64,000 nucleotides of DNA from an uncultured virus (IMG/VR IMGVR_UViG_3300012347_000477) (Duplodnaviria > Heunggongvirae > Uroviricota > Caudoviricetes): positions 1-64,000 of the IMG/VR virus record IMGVR_UViG_3300012347_000477. One strand, written 5' to 3'. Position 1 is the stretch's first letter, and every line of letters starts with the position of its first letter. Under the pieces are notes generated by a model, which was given only the letters and a program-made list of their open reading frames with translations, made no database searches and had not been told where the DNA came from. The position numbers and the translations under genes are program-made. Positions 5,698 through 14,296 of the stretch are shown one piece after another.

Positions 5698-7098
5698 ATG
5701 ACAGCATTTGCATCAGCAGTTATCAATCAAGAGTCTCGCACCACAAACGGTATGAAGGCACGTAAGTCAACATCGAGCTTAGCTGTTGATTTATTTTTTG
5801 CTATTGGAGCAAGTCGAGGAAAAGACATTTTGCCTGCATTTACTGCAGCGTATGTTGAAAATAAAGAATTAGCATTAAGAATTGCGTTATGGGCACGTGA
5901 CGTAAGAGGCGGCGCCGGTGAACGAGAGTTATTTCGTTCTATTTTGAAACATCTTGAGATTCACGATATCGAATCTGCTAAGTTATTATTAGCTAAAGTT
6001 CCAGACCTCGGTAGATGGGATGATGTTTTTGTGTTTAAAACATCCGAAATGAAAGCTTTAGCTTACACTATGTTAGGCGATGCGTTAAGAGCAGGAAATG
6101 GCCTTGCGGCAAAATGGACTCCAAGAAAAGGACATATTGCTGCAGAAATACGAACATTTTTTGGTATGACACCGAAACAATACAGAACTAGTTTAGTTCG
6201 ATTAACTAAAGTAGTCGAAACACAAATGTGTGCAAACGATTGGGATAGTATTAATTTTAGTCATGTTCCAAGTCTTGCTTCTTCCAGATATAAAAAAGCG
6301 TTTACTCGTCATACACCTAAGTTTGCCGAATATGTTGAATCTTTAGTAAAAGGAGATCCGGCTGTAAAAGTAAATACTGGTGCAATATATCCATATGATG
6401 TACTAAAAGGTATTGATACATGTTCAAAAACTGAGCTAGATCATATTATTGCACAATGGGATGCATTGCCGAACTATGTCGGTGATTCTACTATTTTACC
6501 AATGGTTGATGTGAGTGGTTCAATGATGTGTCCTGCAGGTAATGGAAAATCAACTACTACTTGTTTAGAAATTGCAACATCGTTAGGATTATACTTAGCT
6601 GATAAAAATAAAGGAAAATTTAAAGATTTGTTTCTGACATTTAGTTCAACTGCGTCTATTGTTAAATTAAGTGGAAATATTGTTGAAAAATTAATGCAGA
6701 TGAATAAGAGCAAATGGGGAATGTCAACAAACTTACACGCTGCATTTGAAAATATTTTATCAGTTGCAGTTGATGGCAATGTCCCACAAGAAGAAATGCC
6801 ATCAATGTTGTTGATTTTTTCCGACATGCAATTTAATCAATGCGTAACTTATGATGATACTGCAATGAATATGATTGAACGTAAGTATGCTGACGCAGGT
6901 TATCAAGTACCTGCAATTGTATTTTGGAATTTAAATAGCTCAGATAATGTACCAGTGAAATCAGATAAATCCGGAGCAGCATTAGTTAGCGGATTTAGTC
7001 CTTCGATTTTAACATCATTACTAAGTGCTGATATGTCAGAGTTCACTCCTACCGGAGTTATGATGAAAACAATCATGAATGACCGATACACTGTTTAA
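5698..7098 (+). CDS. TROVE/Ro60-like protein with C-terminal vWA domain (DUF2828-type)
   Basis: Helical N-terminus (RTTNG, DLFF, ARDVRGGAGER, GRWDD, AKW.PR); MIDAS DVSGSM; FSDMQF; IVFWNL. Confidence 0.8.
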   Translation: MTAFASAVINQESRTTNGMKARKSTSSLAVDLFFAIGASRGKDILPAFTAAYVENKELALRIALWARDVRGGAGERELFRSILKHLEIHDIESAKLLLAKVPDLGRWDDVFVFKTSEMKALAYTMLGDALRAGNGLAAKWTPRKGHIAAEIRTFFGMTPKQYRTSLVRLTKVVETQMCANDWDSINFSHVPSLASSRYKKAFTRHTPKFAEYVESLVKGDPAVKVNTGAIYPYDVLKGIDTCSKTELDHIIAQWDALPNYVGDSTILPMVDVSGSMMCPAGNGKSTTTCLEIATSLGLYLADKNKGKFKDLFLTFSSTASIVKLSGNIVEKLMQMNKSKWGMSTNLHAAFENILSVAVDGNVPQEEMPSMLLIFSDMQFNQCVTYDDTAMNMIERKYADAGYQVPAIVFWNLNSSDNVPVKSDKSGAALVSGFSPSILTSLLSADMSEFTPTGVMMKTIMNDRYTV

Positions 7099-7102
7099 GA
7101 CA

Positions 7103-7124
7103 GAAATAGGCGAAAGCCTATTTC
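7103..7124 (+). terminator. terminator-like hairpin
   Basis: GAAATAGGC-GAAA-GCCTATTTC, followed by a TTGACT..TATAAT promoter. Confidence 0.65.
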
Positions 7125-7177
7125 GTTGACTACTTGTAGTTATAGTTGTTATAATATAATTTTAATTAAAGGAATCT

Positions 7178-7348
7178 ATGAACAGTGCTGTAAAATACAG
7201 AGATGTATACTTAATGAAAAGTAGTGAGGCATACGTATTATGGGAAGCTTATAAGAAAGATCCTAAATTACAAAAAAATTTAGATCAACACTTAAAGGCG
7301 TTGACCCAAAAAGAAACCGAGTTAGTAAACCGATATAAAAGTATCTAA
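7178..7348 (+). CDS. small hypothetical protein (56 aa; not in ORF track)
   Basis: AAAGGAA RBS; MNSAVKYRDVYLMKSS... Confidence 0.65.
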   Translation: MNSAVKYRDVYLMKSSEAYVLWEAYKKDPKLQKNLDQHLKALTQKETELVNRYKSI

Positions 7349-7362
7349 ACGAAAGGCAAATC

Positions 7363-7620
7363 ATGACACCACGTATTCGCGAATTAATTCTTGACTGTAC
7401 TAACACATTACCTATTATTGATATCTATGGTAAAACTCATTATTCTTTTAATAAAGAAGAGTTTGCAAGATTATTATTAGAAGATGTACTAGATTCTCTG
7501 TTTACAGTAACTGATTCAGTCGACTCTAATTGGAATCAAGCGGTATATGCTTGTCAACAAGAAATTATAGATCAATTTCTAGTATCAACAGATGTTGAAG
7601 AAAGTGAGTATTATGCTTAA
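7363..7620 (+). CDS. hypothetical protein
   Basis: RBS and 85-aa ORF. Confidence 0.65.
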   Translation: MTPRIRELILDCTNTLPIIDIYGKTHYSFNKEEFARLLLEDVLDSLFTVTDSVDSNWNQAVYACQQEIIDQFLVSTDVEESEYYA

Positions 7621-7915
7621 TTTTACATTTATCGGGTGGTGTAAGGAAGACACTCATGATAAAGTTTGGGGAGTTATTAACTTAACTCCTAAAGAAACTT
7701 CTGAATTTATTTGCGATTATGTAATTTTTTGGGGCCGTCGTGGTAAGAAATTACAAACTAAAATCTTAAAAAACGAAAGATACTGGGAAGTTGAAAGACT
7801 TGTCGACTCAAAACAAAGAAAGGGCTATAACAAAATTGAAAATCTCGATAGTGTATATCCTGAATTTTACAGTGATTTAGAAAAGACTGCTATGTGGTCT
7901 TTGTTTAAAGTATAA
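7613..7915 (+). CDS. WGR-domain-like protein
   Basis: HDKVWG..FWGRRG..KQRKGY pattern. Confidence 0.6.
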   Translation: MLNFTFIGWCKEDTHDKVWGVINLTPKETSEFICDYVIFWGRRGKKLQTKILKNERYWEVERLVDSKQRKGYNKIENLDSVYPEFYSDLEKTAMWSLFKV

Positions 7916-7917
7916 AA

Positions 7918-8166
7918 ATGAATAAACCAGAAAAACTACCACATATTCCTAAAGATCTATTTGACAGAGAAATACAAATTGACGATTTTGTTGCATATGC
8001 TTCAAATTCCTTGTATATCGGAAAAGTAATTAAAATTACTCCAAAAATGATAAGAGTTAAACACTTATCAAAATGGGGTTCTGAAAAATTAGTGTATTCT
8101 CAAGATTGTATTAAAGTACAAGAGGAAGAAATTACTATGTATCTTTTAAAAAATAAAAGAACTTAG
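7918..8166 (+). CDS. hypothetical protein
   Basis: 82-aa ORF in operon. Confidence 0.65.
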   Translation: MNKPEKLPHIPKDLFDREIQIDDFVAYASNSLYIGKVIKITPKMIRVKHLSKWGSEKLVYSQDCIKVQEEEITMYLLKNKRT

Positions 8167-8206
8167 TATTGATATATTAGAATTAATTATATGACAATTT
8201 GCATTG

Positions 8207-8235
8207 TTGACATAGTAGTTGCAATTTAATATAAT
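8207..8235 (+). promoter_or_regulatory. sigma70-type promoter
   Basis: TTGACA-17bp-TATAAT. Confidence 0.8.
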
Positions 8236-8282
8236 TAATTTTTTTAACAGTTAAGCATGTATCGTTATTGAAAGGAAATTTT

Positions 8283-9026
8283 ATGGATGACGAATTAAAG
8301 AAACAGCGTATAATGACATTTATTAAATGGGGAGTTATTGCTGTTGCGTGTGCAGTAATTGCACCAGTAGCATACTTTGCTATTTTGGGTATTGCAGGAA
8401 TTATGATTGCCGGAGCAATTGGATTAATTGGTATTAATTTAGCACCAGTAGTTGCTATGAAGCTTGCAAACTTAAAAATCAAAGCTATTGTCAACGAAGC
8501 AAAGACAAATCCGATTGAAACATTGTATGTTCAGAGTCACGAAAAACGACAAGCAAGTGAAGTATTTAAACAAAGTATTACTGCATTTAGTACCGAAATT
8601 AAAAACTTTGCCGATCAAACAAAAATGTTTAAAACTGATTACCCAGAAGATGCCGAACGTTTCGAAAAGCAACTGGCAGCAATGCACAAGTTATTGCAGT
8701 TTCGCGAATCTCGATACAGGCAACTTCAAGTTGAATTAGACAATTTCGATAAGGCAATTGCTCGAGCACAAGCGATGTGGAATATGAGCCAGGCTGCTCA
8801 GAAAATGAATAAAATGGCAGGAATGGAAACTGGAGATCCATTCGAGAAAATCAAAGCTGATTCTGCAATTAATTCAGTTATGAGTTCGATGAATAAGGCA
8901 TTTGCCGAAATGGAAACTGCATTATTAGATAACGAAGAAGTGCAACAAGCGTCGATGATGGTAACAAACGATCCTAGACCTACTTTACAAAGTAGTTCAG
9001 TATCACAAGGTGTGTTAGTTAAATAA
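8283..9026 (+). CDS. membrane-anchored coiled-coil protein, PspA-like architecture
   Basis: Two N-terminal TM helices then a long heptad region; NPIETL motif. Confidence 0.55.
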   Translation: MDDELKKQRIMTFIKWGVIAVACAVIAPVAYFAILGIAGIMIAGAIGLIGINLAPVVAMKLANLKIKAIVNEAKTNPIETLYVQSHEKRQASEVFKQSITAFSTEIKNFADQTKMFKTDYPEDAERFEKQLAAMHKLLQFRESRYRQLQVELDNFDKAIARAQAMWNMSQAAQKMNKMAGMETGDPFEKIKADSAINSVMSSMNKAFAEMETALLDNEEVQQASMMVTNDPRPTLQSSSVSQGVLVK

Positions 9027-9043
9027 TTTTATATTAGGAATAT

Positions 9044-10153
9044 ATGCATAAAGTAATTTTATCAGTAGCATTTTTAGTAGTTATGCTAGTAGGTGGATAT
9101 TTTGTCGACGACAGCTTTAAGACAAAAGTCAATGGCATGATTGGATTAGATAAATCAAGTAGTACGTCGGCTAGCACATCTCCGATTGAAGTAAATAATG
9201 ATGGAACGTTATACAACATTATGAAAACTGGAAATGTAAATGTAAGCGTACAATCCCCAAGTAAACCATTTCACTATGTAGTAAATGGAATGCCTAAAGG
9301 ATTCAATGTTGAATTTTTAAATTTACTGTTTGCTGAATCGGAGTTTACTGCAGGTAAAAAGACAATTACAGTTAATACTGTTGACAATATTGTAGATGAG
9401 TACTCTGCTGTGCCGAAACAATTGTTAAAAACAGACAAGCAAGGTGCCCCAGTAGTCGATATTGCAATTGACGGATTAACATTTACTGATTCGGATTTAG
9501 AAGGAGTTGTGTATACTATTCCGTATGTGCAGGACTTCGGATATTCGTTAATTACATTGCAAGGTAGCGATATTAAATCCGAAGCAGATGTAGCTAGTAA
9601 GGTAATCGGTATCCTTAAAGGTGACTTAGATGTTAAATCGTTTGTTAAGAAATCTTTTCCGGGTGCAGATATTGTAGAATTATCTGATGCAACTGATGCA
9701 AATGGTAAGCGTACATGGATTAATACTGCAATTACATCGGGTAAAGTTGACGCAGTAGTATATGATTATCCGTTCGGTGTTAGCGAAATCGAAGGCACAA
9801 ATTTACAATTTGCAATTTCTAAGTTAGCTGGTAGTAATATTCAATATAAAATTGGTGTACGAAAAGCAGACACCGACTTAGTTAACGCATTAAATTCAGC
9901 AATTCGAAAAGTTATTAATACACCCGAATATTCAGACTTAGTAAAGAAATACTTTTCAAGTAATAAAACTGCAGCAATTAAAGCAGCATATGGCAATGAA
10001 ACTGTATACGTCGTTAAACGTGGAGATACATTAAGTACTATTGCTCAAACAACATTAGGAAATCTAGCATTGTATCATAAAATTGAGTCTAGAAATAATT
10101 TAGCTAATCCGAATTTAATTTCAGTGGGTCAAAAATTAGTTATTCCTAACTAA
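9044..10153 (+). CDS. periplasmic substrate-binding protein (family 3-like) with C-terminal LysM
   Basis: N-terminal TM; KPF..GFNVE, GKVDAVVYD, LVNALNSAI; LysM YVVKRGDTLSTIA..NPNLISVGQKLVIP. Confidence 0.8.
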   Translation: MHKVILSVAFLVVMLVGGYFVDDSFKTKVNGMIGLDKSSSTSASTSPIEVNNDGTLYNIMKTGNVNVSVQSPSKPFHYVVNGMPKGFNVEFLNLLFAESEFTAGKKTITVNTVDNIVDEYSAVPKQLLKTDKQGAPVVDIAIDGLTFTDSDLEGVVYTIPYVQDFGYSLITLQGSDIKSEADVASKVIGILKGDLDVKSFVKKSFPGADIVELSDATDANGKRTWINTAITSGKVDAVVYDYPFGVSEIEGTNLQFAISKLAGSNIQYKIGVRKADTDLVNALNSAIRKVINTPEYSDLVKKYFSSNKTAAIKAAYGNETVYVVKRGDTLSTIAQTTLGNLALYHKIESRNNLANPNLISVGQKLVIPN

Positions 10154-10170
10154 TTACAATTAATAGTTAA

Positions 10171-10215
10171 TTGACTTAGCAACGCTATATGTTATAATTA
10201 CATATAGCGTTTTTT
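10171..10215 (+). promoter_or_regulatory. overlapping terminator and promoter
   Basis: TTGACT-16bp-TATAAT; the -10 box is the loop of a 12-bp inverted repeat followed by a T-run. Confidence 0.65.
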
Positions 10216-10239
10216 ATTGACTATATTACAAGGACTTAT

Positions 10240-10755
10240 ATGACCGATTATCATGCACATATTACTGTAAAACAAATAGAAACAGTTCCTAAGGGATGGA
10301 AACGTACTGATATTGTATTAGAAAATATAACGACCAAACAGCATGATGTGATGCTAACTAAACACTATCGACTCGGAGTAAAAGGAATCAATTCAGTTAA
10401 CGACATTATGAAAGATATCACCCAACATACTGCTGTATTTGATATTATTAGAATTAAGTTAGAACAAGATAGTGACTTTACTTTGCCTGTAACCCTATAT
10501 AATTATGTAGAAGTACACGCAAAATGTAACAATGATACTTTTATAAATAATACAAATTGGGTAAGAAGTACAAATCCAAAAAGTATATCATGCGGAGTTT
10601 CTCAGTTCTTTTTTACTAAACGCTTTTATAGTGGTAATATAATTGATATTCAACATGCAATATCTAACGAGCTATCTAGTATGTCTGTAGTAGATCTTAA
10701 AATAGAACAAGTAATTTACGATTCAAATAGAGATCACGATGCATGGTGGGCATAA
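10240..10755 (+). CDS. hypothetical protein
   Basis: 171-aa ORF with YHAHITV and EQVIYDSN..HD.WW motifs. Confidence 0.7.
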   Translation: MTDYHAHITVKQIETVPKGWKRTDIVLENITTKQHDVMLTKHYRLGVKGINSVNDIMKDITQHTAVFDIIRIKLEQDSDFTLPVTLYNYVEVHAKCNNDTFINNTNWVRSTNPKSISCGVSQFFFTKRFYSGNIIDIQHAISNELSSMSVVDLKIEQVIYDSNRDHDAWWA

Positions 10756-10781
10756 GAATTTAATACTAAAGGAATAAACAT

Positions 10782-11249
10782 ATGAAAACACTATATATGC
10801 TAGTCGGAGTACCTGGTTCAGGAAAAAGCACTTGGCTCGCAACTCGAATGTTCGACTACAACAAGACAGTAATTGCATCAACAGATAACTATATTGAAAA
10901 GAAAGCAGAGCAAGAAGGGCAGACATATAATACAATGTTTAAAGATGCTATCAAAGATGCAACTAAGGATATGAATAGCAAAATTGCAACCGCTATTAAA
11001 AATGAGTTTGATATTGTGTGGGATCAAACAAATACTAATGCTGCTAGTCGTAAAAAGAAATTAGCTCAAATACCAAACTCGTATAAAAAGATAGCAGTCG
11101 TGTTTGCACCTCCGGAAAAAGCAGAACACGAACGCCGACTTGCAAATAGACCGGGGAAGATTATTCCCCGAGATGTAATTTCAAATATGATTGCTGGTTT
11201 TCAAACCCCTACAGTTGACGAAGGGTTCGATGAAATTATTTATGCATAG
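10782..11249 (+). CDS. P-loop kinase (AAA_33/polynucleotide-kinase-like)
   Basis: GVPGSGKST, STD, IVWDQTN, EGFDEI. Confidence 0.85.
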   Translation: MKTLYMLVGVPGSGKSTWLATRMFDYNKTVIASTDNYIEKKAEQEGQTYNTMFKDAIKDATKDMNSKIATAIKNEFDIVWDQTNTNAASRKKKLAQIPNSYKKIAVVFAPPEKAEHERRLANRPGKIIPRDVISNMIAGFQTPTVDEGFDEIIYA

Positions 11250-11255
11250 ACATAT

Positions 11256-12005
11256 TTAAGATATGTTCTTTTTCATAAAAACCCGTTTAATAATCCAACC
11301 GTAAATATCAAGTTCTCCATTTATTGAATATGTGTAACTTGCAGGAAACTTATGATGATTATTGTGGTGTCCGGCCGCTGTTAATAAATTAACAACTTTG
11401 CTGTTAGTAGCAGATGCATCCGGATAGACTACAGTTCCGACTGATTTATCATGAGCTGCTATATTAATAATTGTTGTTCCAATATACCACAATGCTGCCC
11501 CTGAAACAATAAAATAAAACAAAGTAAATGATGTGATAAACGACACTACCCATAAAATCGACCATATTATATAATAATACGTGTTTTCAAATTGATAATA
11601 CTTCCAGCTTTTACTACGCATTAGGTCAAAAATTAAATTATTTTTATGATTTGTTGAGATTAATAACAGATATATTTTCCATTTAGGTAAAAATAACGGA
11701 GAGTGAGGATCATTAATAGTGTCAGCATATTTGTGATGATTTCGATGAATAATTGCCCACGATAGTATCGAACCTTGGCCTGCTAAAAATGCAAATACTC
11801 TTAAAATTTTTTCTTTAAAGTTGGTAGTTTTGAAACTTTTATGCGAAAAGTATCGATGCATTCCGATCTCGCTAAATGCTCCGAAAATATACATACTTAG
11901 AATACCGAGTGGTATAAGATACCACTCGTATGCATATACAATGCTAAATAGGAATAATAATTGATTCCCCCAGATTACGTATAAAGTTTGTTTATAAGGT
12001 TTCAT
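11256..12005 (-). CDS. membrane fatty-acid desaturase (delta-9 type)
   Basis: His boxes HRYFSH, HRNHH, HNNHH; DPHSP. Confidence 0.9.
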   Translation of the reverse strand: MKPYKQTLYVIWGNQLLFLFSIVYAYEWYLIPLGILSMYIFGAFSEIGMHRYFSHKSFKTTNFKEKILRVFAFLAGQGSILSWAIIHRNHHKYADTINDPHSPLFLPKWKIYLLLISTNHKNNLIFDLMRSKSWKYYQFENTYYYIIWSILWVVSFITSFTLFYFIVSGAALWYIGTTIINIAAHDKSVGTVVYPDASATNSKVVNLLTAAGHHNNHHKFPASYTYSINGELDIYGWIIKRVFMKKNIS

Positions 12006-12546
12006 TTTTTAGTTTATCAAGTTCGGCAACATACTGCATAGTATTATAGATAGTTTTAGTTCCTATAGGAGAAAACTGAGAGTACAGCTCTTTTCCAATA
12101 GATCCAATTCCGGAAAATTTTCCGGAATTCGCACGGTCTATTATGTCATATATTGCTTTATTATGCGAATTACATGTAATCCATAATTTATTATAGTGAC
12201 TTGTTTCTTTGAATATAATAGGCAGAGTTATATTTTTAGACACATAATAGTGTCTTCGATATATAGGTGGAATATATGTTCGAGTCATTATAAGTGCTAT
12301 ACTACTACACTCATTGTATTCGTTCCACCCTGAACTTCCTAAATATTGACTATCTTCTTCTAATACAAAATAATTACCTATTTTATATCTACCCTCATTT
12401 AAAATATAAAACAAATTTCCCGGTGTATTGCTAAAGTCTGGATGATAATTTGATATTATATTAGGGTCTACTATTTTACTTAGATTACTTTTAAGTAAAG
12501 ATATAACATAGTTATTAGATAAGTCTTGAATAGCATGTATTTGCAT
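11992..12546 (-). CDS. GNAT-like hypothetical protein
   Basis: YLGSSGW..MTRTYI.P.YRR..LWITCN.HN acetyltransferase-like pattern. Confidence 0.45.
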   Translation of the reverse strand: MQIHAIQDLSNNYVISLLKSNLSKIVDPNIISNYHPDFSNTPGNLFYILNEGRYKIGNYFVLEEDSQYLGSSGWNEYNECSSIALIMTRTYIPPIYRRHYYVSKNITLPIIFKETSHYNKLWITCNSHNKAIYDIIDRANSGKFSGIGSIGKELYSQFSPIGTKTIYNTMQYVAELDKLKNETL

Positions 12547-12618
12547 AATTGTATTTATGTTTCAAAAGTCTCTAACAAAGGAATAAATAGTGTAATAAAC
12601 CATATTCAGGAGTTAATA

Positions 12619-13617
12619 ATGCCTTTGCAAATAAGAAGAGGAACAACCACAGACAGACTAACTATTACCCCAGTAATAGGAGAACTAATTTACGATACTA
12701 CTGCCAATTCGTTATATATTGGTAACGGTGAAACTATCGGAGGCGTTGGTCTAACTGCTGCTATAAATAGTGATTTAAATTTAGGTAGTTTTAGTGTAAT
12801 ATCGAGCTCAAATGGGGATATTAGATTAAGTCCCAATGGTACCGGAAAAGTAGTAATTTCGAAAGATATCAGCATAGCTGGAAATATTTCTAAGACGGGA
12901 CTTTTAAATATTACTGCATCCGGGGCCGTAATTGTCGGAGATGCTACTAATAATATACCTGGAAACTTACTAATTACTAGAAATGTTTATTCTACTAACT
13001 ACGGTGCCGGATTAACATTTAGTCAACATCACGAAACTGCTGATGCAGTGCCTATTACATTTTATAGAACACGGGGAACTAGTACTACTCCAACAGCAAC
13101 AGTTAGCGGTGATTCATTAGGTGAACTAATATTTTACGGCCACGACGGATCAACAATTGCAGGCGGTGCTACTATTACTGCTCAAGCTAACGGAAATGTA
13201 GTATCGGGACATGTACCTACTAGATTGTTATTTGCTACTGATAATGGTACATCTTTTACATACAGAGCCGAACTGTCAGCAAATGGGGAGTTATTTGTTA
13301 ATAGATTATCCGGATTTAGTGAAAGACTGTCAATTCGAGGTGAATTAGATGGAGATGTTACTGGATCGGTATTTTCAGATAACTCAACAAGGATTATCGA
13401 CGGTACTAGCGGATCAATTACTGCTCCTAGCGTAACTGCTAGTTCGTATATTAAGTTTGCAGTATATGCTAATCCCTCAGCAAGGAATGCCGCATTACCT
13501 ACTGGCGTAGTAGAGGCAGGGATGGTAGTATTTTTAACCGACAGTACTGGATCAGGCGGCAGTCCTAAATTACAAGTAAATACTAACAGTACAACATCTG
13601 GATGGGTTGACTTGTAA
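12619..13617 (+). CDS. virion fibre or structural protein (Mtd-N/hyaluronidase-N-like start)
   Basis: LQIRRGT..GELIYDT..LYIGNG; TAAATA upstream. Confidence 0.65.
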   Translation: MPLQIRRGTTTDRLTITPVIGELIYDTTANSLYIGNGETIGGVGLTAAINSDLNLGSFSVISSSNGDIRLSPNGTGKVVISKDISIAGNISKTGLLNITASGAVIVGDATNNIPGNLLITRNVYSTNYGAGLTFSQHHETADAVPITFYRTRGTSTTPTATVSGDSLGELIFYGHDGSTIAGGATITAQANGNVVSGHVPTRLLFATDNGTSFTYRAELSANGELFVNRLSGFSERLSIRGELDGDVTGSVFSDNSTRIIDGTSGSITAPSVTASSYIKFAVYANPSARNAALPTGVVEAGMVVFLTDSTGSGGSPKLQVNTNSTTSGWVDL

Positions 13618-13626
13618 ATGATTGAA

Positions 13627-13720
13627 GTGGTCGTGAGCGGAATAGGCAGACCTCCCGAGTTCGGGGATAAGCAAGTCGTAGACACGTCTTTTGTAGGTTC
13701 GACTCCTACCGACCATACCA
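13627..13720 (+). ncRNA. tRNA-like RNA without a canonical anticodon arm
   Basis: GTGGTCG/CGACCAT-ACCA acceptor; Leu-type D-loop GGAATAGGCAGA; T-arm GTAGG-TTCGACT-CCTAC; central part is not a 5+7 anticodon arm. Confidence 0.75.
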
Positions 13721-13722
13721 AT

Positions 13723-14217
13723 TTATTTAGAAACACACATTACAAGGTGTATTCTTTTTTCTAAACTGCCATTAATAAATGTGTGCTGCTGAGTAGTATC
13801 AGTTAAGTACGAATATCCCGGAATCATATGATGGCATTCTGATTGGTGGGGCCATATCATCCATGCTTGAGTATTTGTTATAATTGGAATATGAATTCTT
13901 TTTGTCATATCTGCATGCACTGAATAACATGCCCTGCTTTGCATTATCATAATTCGTGTTCTGAATGCATTATGTTTTTCTATTATACTCGACAATACAG
14001 AATTTTTTAATGTTGGGTTAATGTACTTATATGCAGTTTCATCTTGAACACATAACTCGGATGTCCTTCCTATACCAGTATACCAATTGTCCACAACTGG
14101 ATCTAATGTTTGACACATTATTTGATTTTCGTTTTCACCTACAGTTTCTATTATTTTATTAACTTCGGTTACTAATTCGTTAAAATTTTCAAGTTTATAA
14201 AGAGTCTGGATAAGCAT
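13723..14217 (-). CDS. Asp/Asn beta-hydroxylase-like 2OG-Fe(II) protein
   Basis: RTRIM..CYSVHAD..RIHIPI.TN..HTFIN..RIHLV. Confidence 0.7.
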   Translation of the reverse strand: MLIQTLYKLENFNELVTEVNKIIETVGENENQIMCQTLDPVVDNWYTGIGRTSELCVQDETAYKYINPTLKNSVLSSIIEKHNAFRTRIMIMQSRACYSVHADMTKRIHIPIITNTQAWMIWPHQSECHHMIPGYSYLTDTTQQHTFINGSLEKRIHLVMCVSK

Positions 14218-14296
14218 ACAGGTATTTATGCTTGTATTCTTTTTACTTTTAATGTATACTACATAATACACTAAATTACAGTGCGGATACACAATA

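Noticed and set aside
13182..13736. 184-aa minus-strand ORF
   Set aside because: Antisense shadow of the tRNA-like gene and the fibre gene.
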